Positions 37,088 through 45,720 of a stretch of DNA of 45,720 nt are shown here, one piece after another. The position numbers were made by a program, and so were the translations under genes. This stretch comes from an uncultured Sphingomonadaceae bacterium (lineage in GTDB: Bacteria; Pseudomonadota; Alphaproteobacteria; Sphingomonadales; Sphingomonadaceae). The notes under the pieces are model-generated. The model was given only the letters and a program-made list of their open reading frames with translations. It was not told where the DNA came from and ran no database searches. Position 1 is the first letter of the stretch. Each line of letters begins with the position of its first letter. The stretch lies in contig CAXTUG010000001.1 of NCBI GenBank assembly GCA_964247375.1, positions 13,077 through 58,796 on the forward strand. The letters are read 5' to 3'.

Positions 37088-37786
37088 CTAATAGGAGCCG
37101 CGAGCGAAAATAACTTTCGGGACGGTCATGAACAGGATCTTACAATCCAGTCCGATCGAGCGTGAGCGCGCGTAGGCAACGTCCAGCGCCACCCGGCGGC
37201 GGTAGGACACGTTGTTGCGCCCGCTGATCTGCCACAAGCCGGTGATCCCCGGCCGCACCGCGCGATAGGCGACGATGTGCCGGCCGTAGCGTCCGATCTC
37301 CTCCGCCACGATGGGGCGTGGTCCGACCAAGCTCATTTCGCCCCGCAGCACGTTGAACAGCTGCGGCAATTCGTCGAGGCTGCTCTTGCGCAGAAACCTG
37401 CCGATCGGCGTGACCCGCGGATCGTGCTTGAGCTTGTGATCGCGGTCCCACTCCGCGCGCGCTTTGTCATCCGTGGCCAACAAATGCGCAAGACGTTCTG
37501 CCGAATCGATCACCATGCTGCGGAATTTGAGGCACCGGAACTCACGCCCATGCTGTCCAATCCGGCGATGTCCGAAGAAAATGGGGCCAGGATCAGTCGC
37601 GTAGACCAGTACGGCGATTGTCATCATCAGAGGCGCGAGCAGCAGCAGTAGAACTATACTAATAACGACATCGCAGACGCGCACCAGCATGAGGTCTGCA
37701 CGCTGCAGCCGCGAAGGAGCGTTTGTGCGCTCTCCGGCATTCATTCGCTTTTCCAATAATGCAACGTTGCTCAGCACACTGGCCAT
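37088..37786 (-). CDS. Priming phosphoglycosyl transferase (ExoY/WbaP C-terminal-like)
   Basis: [32 protein letters not shown] and [12 protein letters not shown]. Confidence 0.93.
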   Translation of the reverse strand: MASVLSNVALLEKRMNAGERTNAPSRLQRADLMLVRVCDVVISIVLLLLLAPLMMTIAVLVYATDPGPIFFGHRRIGQHGREFRCLKFRSMVIDSAERLAHLLATDDKARAEWDRDHKLKHDPRVTPIGRFLRKSSLDELPQLFNVLRGEMSLVGPRPIVAEEIGRYGRHIVAYRAVRPGITGLWQISGRNNVSYRRRVALDVAYARSRSIGLDCKILFMTVPKVIFARGSY

Positions 37787-38054
37787 GGAGCGTTCCCCTT
37801 TCGTCCAGAATCCCTCACTAACATTTTTGCAGTGCAAAAAAAAGCGGTCTCCATGCGACGTATCGCGTACCGAGAACCACTGATCTTCGTTATCGGGCCG
37901 GAATGCGCGGCGTGAATGAATGATCGCGAGAAGGCGGGATGACCGACAAAGATTAACAAACGCGTGCAGGTTGCACCCTGCATCGGTGTTGCGGCCCTAC
38001 TGAACTTCGGAAAAGTCTTAGCCGGTATTGGCTCTGCCGACCTTGTTGATCAAT

Positions 38055-39542
38055 CTACCCGCCTGCCGCCGCATAGCGCTGCAGAAAGGCGCGCTGATCG
38101 GGTAATTGCGCCATCTGCTGAGTAATGCCGGCCTTCAGATCGCCGAGCGCCTTCCGCAACTGGCCCGGCTCCATCATGCGTGCCAGGTGATGATAGGAGC
38201 GCGGCGTCACGCCCTGGCCCAGCATGACCATGATCCAGCTGTCGATCCGGAACATCTCGTCGCTGCCCTGATAGGCCATCGCATTGTCGCGAAAGAGCGC
38301 GATGCGCTCGGCAAGGCTGTCCGGGATCGCCATGTCCCGGCATCGCCGCCAGAAGGGGGAATCGTCCCGCTCGGTCAGCGTGTAATGTAGGATGATGAAG
38401 TCGCGGATATGCTCCATCTCGCGCCGCGACTGGGCGTTGAAGCGCTCGGCCGCGCTCTCGGTTATGCCTTCGAAAGGAAAGTTCTGGATCAGGCGCGTGA
38501 CCGCGATCTTGATCAGGTGGATGCTGGTCGATTCCAGGGGCTCGATGAAGCCGCTCGCCAGCCCCATGGCGATGACGTTGCCGTTCCACGACTTGCGCCG
38601 CATGCCCGCCTTGAAGCGCAGCAGCCGCGGCTCGAACAGCGGCGGTCCGTCGAGTACGGCGAGAAATTGGGTCTTCGCCTCGTCCGGGCTCATATGCTCG
38701 GTCGCGAAGACGAAGCCGTTGCCGACGCGGTTCTGCAGCGGAATGCGCCAGCGCCAGCCCGCCTCATGCGCGATCGCGCGGGTATAGGGCGTGAGCGGCC
38801 CCTTAGACTCGGTCTGGACCGCAAAGGCCGCGTCGGTTGCCAGCCAGTGGCTCCAATCCTCGAAGCCGGTCTTGAGCGTCTGCTCGCTCAGGAGCGCGCG
38901 GAAGCCGGTGCAGTCGAGGAACAGGTCGCCTTCGATCCGCTGCCCGGACTCGAGTTCCAGCGCGGTCACGAAGCCGCTCTCCGGATCCTGCACCACTGTG
39001 CGGATCTTGCCCTCGACCCGGGCGACTCCGGCGGGCTCGGCCAGGCCGCGCAGGAACCTGGCATAGGCGGTCGCGTCGAGGTGGTAGGCGTAGCCGATCG
39101 TCGCACCCTCGTGCGTGGCGAACTTGTTGGCCAGCGCCGCCTGCGCCTCCAGGCTGTAATCGATATATTCGCCGCCGAAGCCCTGCCGGCATGCCTCCAG
39201 CCAGAAATGCTGGAAGTCGGCCATCCACACCGACTTGCCGATCGAGCCGAAGGCGTGGAAGTAGCTGTCGCCCGGGCGCCGCCAATTCTCGAACTGGATG
39301 CCCAGCTTGAAGGTGGCGTTGGTCGCCCGCACGAACGCCTGCTCGTAGATGCCGAGAAAGCCATGGAAGGCGCGGGTGGTGGGAATGGTCGACTCGCCTA
39401 CGCCGACGGTGCCGATCTCGTCCGATTCCACCAGGGTAATGTCGATCAGCGGCCCGAGCTGCTTGACCAGCGCTGCCGCCGCGATCCAGCCGGCGGTGCC
39501 GCCACCGGCGATCACCACGCGCTTGACTGCCTGTCCTGCCAC
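38055..39542 (-). CDS. Flavin-dependent halogenase (tryptophan halogenase family)
   Basis: GGGTAG, GVGESTIP, ATFKLGI (catalytic Lys), WRWRIP (WxWxIP) and GFIEPLESTSIH. GTG start at 39542. Confidence 0.93.
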   Translation of the reverse strand: MAGQAVKRVVIAGGGTAGWIAAAALVKQLGPLIDITLVESDEIGTVGVGESTIPTTRAFHGFLGIYEQAFVRATNATFKLGIQFENWRRPGDSYFHAFGSIGKSVWMADFQHFWLEACRQGFGGEYIDYSLEAQAALANKFATHEGATIGYAYHLDATAYARFLRGLAEPAGVARVEGKIRTVVQDPESGFVTALELESGQRIEGDLFLDCTGFRALLSEQTLKTGFEDWSHWLATDAAFAVQTESKGPLTPYTRAIAHEAGWRWRIPLQNRVGNGFVFATEHMSPDEAKTQFLAVLDGPPLFEPRLLRFKAGMRRKSWNGNVIAMGLASGFIEPLESTSIHLIKIAVTRLIQNFPFEGITESAAERFNAQSRREMEHIRDFIILHYTLTERDDSPFWRRCRDMAIPDSLAERIALFRDNAMAYQGSDEMFRIDSWIMVMLGQGVTPRSYHHLARMMEPGQLRKALGDLKAGITQQMAQLPDQRAFLQRYAAAGG

Positions 39543-39558
39543 GATCCGTTTCGACCTT

Positions 39559-40590
39559 TCAGCGATTGAGCTTGTTGAGCAGCATGGCGCGTAAGCGCCG
39601 CGCGCGCAGGTCGTCCAGCGGCGCCAGCGCACCCTGCGCCGGCTCCGGCAGGTGCGCACGCGGCCGCTCGGCCGGGCCGAAGACATAATAGTCGAACATC
39701 GCCTGCCAGGATTTCTTCTCGGGCTCCGGCCGGTCCCGCAGACTCAGCAGAGCATGCAGCAGCGTGTTCATCGGCGTGTCCATGAATGCCGGCACGGCGT
39801 TCCACCAGTAATTGATCATGGCGTTGAAGCTGCCCAGCGCCTCGACATGGTGCCACCACAGGGCAGGATAGACCAGCACGTCGCCGGGCTCCAACTCGGC
39901 CACCTGGCCCGCCGCCATGGCATCGGCGAAGCGCGGAAAGCGATCCAGGTCCGGCGCGGCAAAGTCGACCATCGACACGACCTGCCCGCCGGGAGTCGGT
40001 TCGAGCGGGCCCGGATAGAGATTGGCGACCTGGTCGGGCGGGAACAGGGTGAAGCGCCGCCGCCCAACCATGCAGCAGGCAATGTTGTTCGACATATCCC
40101 AGTGGGCGGAGGCGATCGTGTGATTGCCCATCCAGATGCTCACCGTCGGCGCATCGGCGACCGGGAAGGGCGCGGCGAGTTGCAGGTCATTCTCGTCACG
40201 TAGGCCGGGCAGGTAGGTATCCACGTCGGTCGAGCCGACGTAGAAGCTCGGCGGCCGCGTATCGTCGGCGTGGCTCATGATGCGATCGAGGAAGGTGTCG
40301 AGCCGGGTACGCTCCGCCGTGAAGTTGAGCGCGGTCGCGTCCGGCATGTAATGGAAGCGGCCGTCAATCTCTGGCGCACCGACATAGCCCACGATCGGCT
40401 GACCGCGATAGAAGCGCAGCAGGTAGCCGATCGCATCCGCCGGCGCGCGCAGCCCGTGCTGCACCAGCGGCCAGTCGCGGGCCACTCCTCGCAGGACCAC
40501 CGGCCGCTGCCGTGCGATCAGTTCGTCAAACGGGATCGCGTCGGGCGCTATCCCGGTCAGCTCCTCGGTCCTGGCGGTGATGCCGGTCAT
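39559..40590 (-). CDS. JmjC/Cupin_8 (Pass1-like) Fe(II)/2-oxoglutarate-type cupin
   Basis: RPVVLRG, HWD...WWHHVE metal triad, FTLFPPDQ and NYWW. Confidence 0.9.
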   Translation of the reverse strand: MTGITARTEELTGIAPDAIPFDELIARQRPVVLRGVARDWPLVQHGLRAPADAIGYLLRFYRGQPIVGYVGAPEIDGRFHYMPDATALNFTAERTRLDTFLDRIMSHADDTRPPSFYVGSTDVDTYLPGLRDENDLQLAAPFPVADAPTVSIWMGNHTIASAHWDMSNNIACCMVGRRRFTLFPPDQVANLYPGPLEPTPGGQVVSMVDFAAPDLDRFPRFADAMAAGQVAELEPGDVLVYPALWWHHVEALGSFNAMINYWWNAVPAFMDTPMNTLLHALLSLRDRPEPEKKSWQAMFDYYVFGPAERPRAHLPEPAQGALAPLDDLRARRLRAMLLNKLNR

Positions 40591-40603
40591 AGGCGCTGTG
40601 CAA

Positions 40604-41332
40604 TCAGGCGTCTGCCCGGCGCGCATTCTTGAGGTCGGCCAGACGGCCGACGTTGCGCAGCGAGGAGGCGACCCAGATTGCGGCCCGCAGGAAATCGGCG
40701 CGGTGCAGCGCCTCGAGCGCCGCACCGTCCAGCTGCATCAGCCGCTCCTGGCTGATCGTATAGCAGTCCGGCACATTGTACTGACGGCCATCGTCCAGCT
40801 TGATCTCGATCGCGATCGGCTCGATCAGGTCATGCTCCGCGAATGCGGCGAAGACGTGCTGCGACACTTCCGATCCGACGAAGATCGCGCGCAGCACGCC
40901 GGCGACATGGTCCAGGTAGGGCGAGTTGCCGCCGTGCGGCAGGAAGATCGGCTGGCCATCGTCCTGCCCGAGCCGGGGATGGTCGATATCGATGTGGATC
41001 ATCGGCTCGCCTATCGGTTCGCCGTCGGGGCCGCGCTCGGGCACGCCGATCGAGAAGGGGCCGCGCTGGAGCAGGGCAGGGACGTAGCGACCCGTCCAGC
41101 CGCCCGCATCCAGGAACAGATTCTCGTCGCGATCCAGGCCGAGCAGCGCGACCGAGTAGTAGCGCCCGTCCGGATCGCGCCGGAACAGGATCGGATAGTC
41201 GCGCTGCAGGTCCTCATATTCGGTCGGGAAGACCGTCACCTGGTTCACATTGTCGCCGAATGCGGCACTCTGCCCGGCTGCGACCGTCAGATCCTTGTGG
41301 TCGATATTATTCAGCAGAACCGGGCTGGCCAT
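40604..41332 (-). CDS. SapC family protein
   Basis: LLNNIDHKDL, QRDYPILF, ENLFL, YVPALLQRGPF, LIEP and SLRN pattern; typical position downstream of a TBDR. Confidence 0.88.
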   Translation of the reverse strand: MASPVLLNNIDHKDLTVAAGQSAAFGDNVNQVTVFPTEYEDLQRDYPILFRRDPDGRYYSVALLGLDRDENLFLDAGGWTGRYVPALLQRGPFSIGVPERGPDGEPIGEPMIHIDIDHPRLGQDDGQPIFLPHGGNSPYLDHVAGVLRAIFVGSEVSQHVFAAFAEHDLIEPIAIEIKLDDGRQYNVPDCYTISQERLMQLDGAALEALHRADFLRAAIWVASSLRNVGRLADLKNARRADA

Positions 41333-41419
41333 CGGCAGACGAACTTTCACCTGACTATGATAGAGCGCATCGACGCGGATGCATGGCTGCACGGACTAGC
41401 CCACTTTGCAGGCGCGCCC

Positions 41420-41449
41420 AAAGAAAAAGGCCGCTGTGAACAGCGGCCT
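41420..41449 (-). terminator. Rho-independent terminator after the TBDR gene
   Basis: On the minus strand, a 9-bp stem AGGCCGCTG-TTCA-CAGCGGCCT followed by TTTTCTTT. Confidence 0.8.
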
Positions 41450-41475
41450 CTCCTCGATCCTCGTTAATCGGCAGA

Positions 41476-44400
41476 TCAGAATTTGAAGCGGACGCCGGCC
41501 AGATAACGGGCCGATGCTTCCGTGTCGGTCCAGATCTGGTTGGTCGACCGCCCGTAGACGGAATTGCCCTCCTCGAAGACGTTGATGCCTTCGATCGAGA
41601 CGGCGATCCGCGGCGTGATGTCGTAGCTCACGTTGAAGTCCACCTGGCTGTGGGCCTTGGTGAATTCGGGGTTGCGGTTGCCGTCGCCGCGATCCGCGCT
41701 GGACAGGAACTTGTCGCGCCAATTGTAGCTCACGCGGGCGGAGATGCCGTTCTTGTCGTAGATCAGCGTGGCGTTGGCGGTGTCGCTCAGGCCCAGCAGC
41801 GCGAACTGCGTGACGCTGGTCGGCGCGGCCACGTCGAAGCCGATATTGCCGCGAACGTGGGTGTAGGCGCCGGCGACGCCGAAGCCAGTATTGCCGAGGA
41901 AGTATTCGCCGGCGACCTCGAAACCCCAGACCTTGGCATCCTTGTTGTTGACCGGCCGGCTGACGTTGAAGCTGAACAGCGGGTCGTTGCTGTCGGCGAT
42001 GATGTCGACCGCGGCGAGCGTCGTGTCCACGAACGCCTGGTTCAACGCGCGCTGTCCCGCATTATAGTTGGCCAGGAAGGTCGTGTCCGCCGCCGCCGTG
42101 CTGCCGCCATTCTGCTGCAGCAGCGCGGTATAGGTGAACAGGTTCACGTCGGTGATGTCGGCCCCCAGCGCCTGGAGCCGCGTCTTGGCGGTGCCGGAAC
42201 GGCTGCCGGGCGCACCCGAGGAGGGATCGCGCAGGCCGAACAGGTTGCCCGCGGTCGTCGCCCGGCTGATGAAGTTGTGGACGCGCTTCTCGAAGAAGCC
42301 TGCCGACACGTAGCTGCCGGGCTTGAAGTACCATTCGAGCGACAGGTCGAAATTGTCCGAGGTCAGCGGCACCAGTCCGGCATTGCCGGTCGATCCCGAG
42401 GCCAGGCCGCCGACCGCGGTCGCGTCGTTCGGCGTACCTGCCGAAGTGGACGCGAACAGGTCGCCATAGCTCGGCCGCGCGATGGTACGGCTGAACGAGA
42501 AGCGGCCGACAATGTCTCGGCGCAGGTTGATCTGAAAATCCATCGACGGCAGCAGGTTGTTATACTTGCCGCGGTCGGTGACCGCCTGCCTGCCGCTCGA
42601 CACCGTCTCCTTGAAGTCGTTGTCCGACTGCCAGATGATCGCGGTCGGTACGGCCTGCAGCGAGGTCGAGTGGACCGTCGTCCGCTCGTAGCGGGCGCCG
42701 GCGAGCAGGCTGGCGTCGTGGTCGCCGATCTGCCCCTTCCACGTGATCTGGCCGTAACCCGCCCAGATATTCTCCTTCACGCGATCGTCGGCGAAGCCGT
42801 TGACGTCGTTCGAGTGGCCCGGGATCTTGGAATAGTAGTTGGACAGCGCGTTGTAGAGCTCGGTCGCATCTTCGGTCCGGAAGGCGGTGAGCGCCTGACC
42901 CGTCGCCTTCGGATCGTGGTGGTGGAAGCGGCATACCAGGCAGAACGCCTCGACCACGCCCGGTGCGATCGTATCCACGTCGCGGGGCGCGGCGTTACCC
43001 CAGTCGCCCAGCGTCTGATAGTAGCTGGTCGTGGTCGAACGCGTGTTGGTGGTGCGGTAATCGCCGCCGAAATCGAAGCGGCTGCCGCCACCCAGATCCC
43101 AGCCCGCGTCCAGCCGGCCTTCCTTGATCCGCTGGCGGAAGGTGATGCGCGACTGGCGGCCGACCTGGCTGCCCAGATCGCCCGTGTCGAGCTGGCCGTT
43201 GCCGTTGCCCTTGATGACCGGGTGGGTCAGGGGATCGGCGGTGGCCGGGTCGACGAAGTTCACCGTCTCGGTCGGGAAACCGCCTTCATAATCCCATGAG
43301 TGCTGCTGCAAGGTCGGCGAGCTGATCGCGATCAGCGTCGACGTCATGCCGTTCGGATTGTGCGGCGTGCTCTTGGATTCGCCGAAATGCCCATCCGCGG
43401 TGATGGTGAAATTGTCGGTAAGGCCGAACTTGGCGTTGAGGCCGAAGTCGGTCAGCCGGTTCTTCTGGCCGCGATACTGCTGCTCGAAGCCCGCGTCCTT
43501 GGTCTCGCCGGCGATCACCTCGTGCAGGTAGGTGGTGGTCGCCACCTTGTGGCCGCTGTCGAACGTGACCTCGTCGAACGGGCGATTGAACCAGTTGGAC
43601 TCGTCGCCGCGGCGCTCCCTGCCGGTCTGCTGCGCGAACAGCGCGTCCGCCGTCACTTCGAACCGATCGCTCGGCTTGAACTGCACCACGCCCTGGGCAT
43701 TGATGCGCGTGCGCGTGCCTTCGGAGAAGTGGTAGCGCGCGTCGTTCGGACGGCCGACCAGCTGGTTCGGATCGGTCGGCGCATTGTTGATCTTGGTCGG
43801 ATTGCCGGTCGAGGCGTCCCGCACGTTGCCGTTGGCGGGATTGATGAAGTCGGCATAGGTGGTGATGTTCCACCCCTGCACGGTCGCCGCGATGTTGGAG
43901 AAGTTGCGCTTCTGATAGCTGCCGAACACCGCCGCGCCGAACGTCTGGTCCGGGTTGCTCCAGCTCAGCACGCCTGACGTTTCGGGGGTGACCTTGGAGC
44001 CGCAGTGCAGGCAATCGTCGACGCTCGTGTCGTACGCCGCCTTCGCGCCGATCGAGCCGTTGAAACCGCCCTCGCGGGCGTCGAGCGGGCGGCGGGTCAC
44101 CACGTTGATGGTGGCGCCGATGCCGCCGGTCGGGATCGCGGCGCGGCCGGTCTTGTAGACTTCCAGCGTCTTCACGCCTTCCGACGCCAGGTTGGAGAAG
44201 TCGAACGAGCGGCTGGTGTTGCGGCCGAAGTCGACATCTTCGCCGCCGCCGATTGGGTTCTGGTCGCTGGCCGCGAGCTGGCGGCCGTTCAGGGTCACCA
44301 GATTATATTGCGGACCGAAGCCGCGCACGGTGACGGTCGCGCCCTCGCCGTTGCGCCGGTCGATCGACACGCCGGTGATGCGCTGGAGCGACTCCGCCAG

Positions 44401-44709
44401 GTTGGTGTCGGCAAACTTGCCGATGTCTTCCGACGAGATCGCGTCGACCACGCCGGCGGAGTCCCGCTTGATCGCGATCGAGCGCTCTAGGGAGGCACGG
44501 ATACCGGTAACAACCACTTCGTCGCCAACGTTGGCGCCGCCCGCGGCATCGCCCGGCGTTGGCTGGGCCACGGCCGGAGCGGTCGTGGTCGGCTGCGCGT
44601 CGGTCGGCGGAGCGGTGGTCTGCGCGCCCGCAGCCGCGGGCATGATCAGGCAGGCGGCGACGGCCATCGCCGACGTCGAGCGGACAAGCAGAATCCTGGA
44701 ATTTCGCAT
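41476..44709 (-). CDS. TonB-dependent receptor
   Basis: Signal peptide, TonB-box region EVVVTGIRASL, plug DIGKFADTNLAESLQRITGV/VRGFGP, C-terminal YLAGVRFKF. Confidence 0.96.
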   Translation of the reverse strand: MRNSRILLVRSTSAMAVAACLIMPAAAGAQTTAPPTDAQPTTTAPAVAQPTPGDAAGGANVGDEVVVTGIRASLERSIAIKRDSAGVVDAISSEDIGKFADTNLAESLQRITGVSIDRRNGEGATVTVRGFGPQYNLVTLNGRQLAASDQNPIGGGEDVDFGRNTSRSFDFSNLASEGVKTLEVYKTGRAAIPTGGIGATINVVTRRPLDAREGGFNGSIGAKAAYDTSVDDCLHCGSKVTPETSGVLSWSNPDQTFGAAVFGSYQKRNFSNIAATVQGWNITTYADFINPANGNVRDASTGNPTKINNAPTDPNQLVGRPNDARYHFSEGTRTRINAQGVVQFKPSDRFEVTADALFAQQTGRERRGDESNWFNRPFDEVTFDSGHKVATTTYLHEVIAGETKDAGFEQQYRGQKNRLTDFGLNAKFGLTDNFTITADGHFGESKSTPHNPNGMTSTLIAISSPTLQQHSWDYEGGFPTETVNFVDPATADPLTHPVIKGNGNGQLDTGDLGSQVGRQSRITFRQRIKEGRLDAGWDLGGGSRFDFGGDYRTTNTRSTTTSYYQTLGDWGNAAPRDVDTIAPGVVEAFCLVCRFHHHDPKATGQALTAFRTEDATELYNALSNYYSKIPGHSNDVNGFADDRVKENIWAGYGQITWKGQIGDHDASLLAGARYERTTVHSTSLQAVPTAIIWQSDNDFKETVSSGRQAVTDRGKYNNLLPSMDFQINLRRDIVGRFSFSRTIARPSYGDLFASTSAGTPNDATAVGGLASGSTGNAGLVPLTSDNFDLSLEWYFKPGSYVSAGFFEKRVHNFISRATTAGNLFGLRDPSSGAPGSRSGTAKTRLQALGADITDVNLFTYTALLQQNGGSTAAADTTFLANYNAGQRALNQAFVDTTLAAVDIIADSNDPLFSFNVSRPVNNKDAKVWGFEVAGEYFLGNTGFGVAGAYTHVRGNIGFDVAAPTSVTQFALLGLSDTANATLIYDKNGISARVSYNWRDKFLSSADRGDGNRNPEFTKAHSQVDFNVSYDITPRIAVSIEGINVFEEGNSVYGRSTNQIWTDTEASARYLAGVRFKF

Positions 44710-44825
44710 ATTTCGGCACCCCCCATGTCGGCCGGCTCTACGGCTGCCGATCAATTGGTTGATGATGACCAATTGCCATCGCGTTCGGCGTAACGGTGGT
44801 GCGGACCGAGTCAATCGAGCCTTCG

Positions 44826-44843
44826 CATGTAAACGGATACATG
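44826..44843. promoter_or_regulatory. Putative LacI-family operator
   Basis: Imperfect palindrome CATGTAAACGGATACATG with central CG, upstream of the TBDR gene. Confidence 0.55.
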
Positions 44844-44936
44844 GTTTTTGACATCGTGGTCAGAGCATTTTTCACGGTAAGATGTGCAAAAATGCAACGC
44901 ATTCTGGCGCGCTGCCGCGACGCTCCGACGCTGTTT

Positions 44937-44952
44937 ATGGTTGCGCAACCAT
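44937..44952. promoter_or_regulatory. Putative LacI-family operator
   Basis: Perfect 16-bp palindrome ATGGTTGCGCAACCAT in the divergent TBDR/peroxiredoxin intergenic region. Confidence 0.55.
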
Positions 44953-45054
44953 TCTCGGCATTGCCCTGATTCGGGAGATGGATGGGTGCAGGCGGTGGCG
45001 CGACGCGGCGGCTTGCGCTAACCCACGGCTCCTCCTCGAGCGAAGGATCCGCCG

Positions 45055-45594
45055 ATGCGCCGCCTGTCATTGATGTCAGCCTTGTTTGCCGTCCTCGCCA
45101 CCACCGCGCATGCAGCGCTGCCCATCGGTGCCAAGGCTCCCGATTTCGCGACGCAGGTGAGCCTCGCCGGCAAGGCCATGCCGTTCACGCTCAAGTCCGC
45201 CCTGAAGAAGGGACCGGTGGTGCTCTACTTCTACCCGGCTGCCTTCACGTCGGGCTGCACGATCGAGGCACATGACTTTGCCGAAGCGACCGATGACTTC
45301 CGCAAACTGGGCGCCACAGTGATCGGCATGTCGGGCGACCCGATCGACAAGCTCAACAAATTCTCCGTATCCGAATGCCGCAACAAGTTCGCGGTGGGAT
45401 CGGCGACGCCTGCGACCATCGCCGCCTATGACGTGACGCTGCCCAAGAATCCGGGCATGTCGGATCGCACCTCCTACGTGATCGCACCCGACGGCAAGGT
45501 GCTCTTCGCCTATTCGGCGATGGATCCGGCCGGGCACGTCAGCGGCACGATGAACGCGGTAAAGGCGTGGGCGGCGCAGCACCACAAGGGGTGA
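45055..45594 (+). CDS. Peroxiredoxin (BCP/AhpC-TSA family) with signal peptide
   Basis: GAKAPDF, YFYPAAFTSGCTIE (PxxxTxxC) and RTSYVI; N-terminal signal ending AHA. Confidence 0.92.
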   Translation: MRRLSLMSALFAVLATTAHAALPIGAKAPDFATQVSLAGKAMPFTLKSALKKGPVVLYFYPAAFTSGCTIEAHDFAEATDDFRKLGATVIGMSGDPIDKLNKFSVSECRNKFAVGSATPATIAAYDVTLPKNPGMSDRTSYVIAPDGKVLFAYSAMDPAGHVSGTMNAVKAWAAQHHKG

Positions 45595-45720
45595 CGGACG
45601 CGGCGGCGCTGATCGCCCACCACGGCCTGACCCCGCACCCGGAGGGTGGCTGGTACCGCGAGACGTGGCGGGCGGAGGCGGCCGCCGGCCGGCGCGCCGC
45701 CGGCACCGCCATCCTGTTCC
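45591..45720 (+). CDS. Cupin, DUF985/Cupin_5 family (N-terminal part, runs off the right edge)
   Basis: Manual translation MTDAAALIAHHGLTPHPEGGWYRETWR...GTAILF contains the HPEGG signature; GTGA overlap with the peroxiredoxin stop. Confidence 0.85.
   Translation, partial: MTDAAALIAHHGLTPHPEGGWYRETWRAEAAAGRRAAGTAILF

Noticed and set aside
41650-43299. 549-aa plus-strand ORF, and a similar 386-aa ORF at 38409-39569
   Set aside because: Antisense shadows of the strongly codon-biased TBDR and halogenase genes, with no domain features.

Overview
High-GC alphaproteobacterial DNA; gene content and a REP-like palindrome suggest a sphingomonad (inference). Bases 1-~38,000 form one large cell-surface glycan locus with four parts. 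(a) Secreted repeat/RTX proteins and a PilZ protein. (b) A block encoding two GT-C-type membrane glycosyltransferases, two UbiA-family (decaprenyl-phosphate phosphoribosyltransferase-like) enzymes (one HAD-fused), a class III aminotransferase, a GMC oxidoreductase with a small partner ORF, two paralogous extended SDRs (one frameshifted), two flippase-type proteins and an embedded NarL/LuxR two-component system. (c) Wzy/OPX-type polysaccharide genes with an acyltransferase, sulfotransferase, outer-membrane beta-barrel and lyase. (d) A PglF/DegT/PglC-type amino-sugar pathway followed by formyltransferase, PIG-L deacetylase, ATP-grasp and HAD genes. The rest of the window holds a TonB-dependent receptor-SapC-JmjC cupin-flavin halogenase cluster with palindromic upstream sites, a peroxiredoxin and a partial DUF985 cupin. 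The best candidate for an undescribed system is block (b): a putative PRPP-derived, polyprenyl-phosphate-linked aminopentose pathway for surface modification. All calls come from reading motifs by eye; no database searches were run. No rRNA, tRNA, CRISPR, transposase or integrase was recognised.
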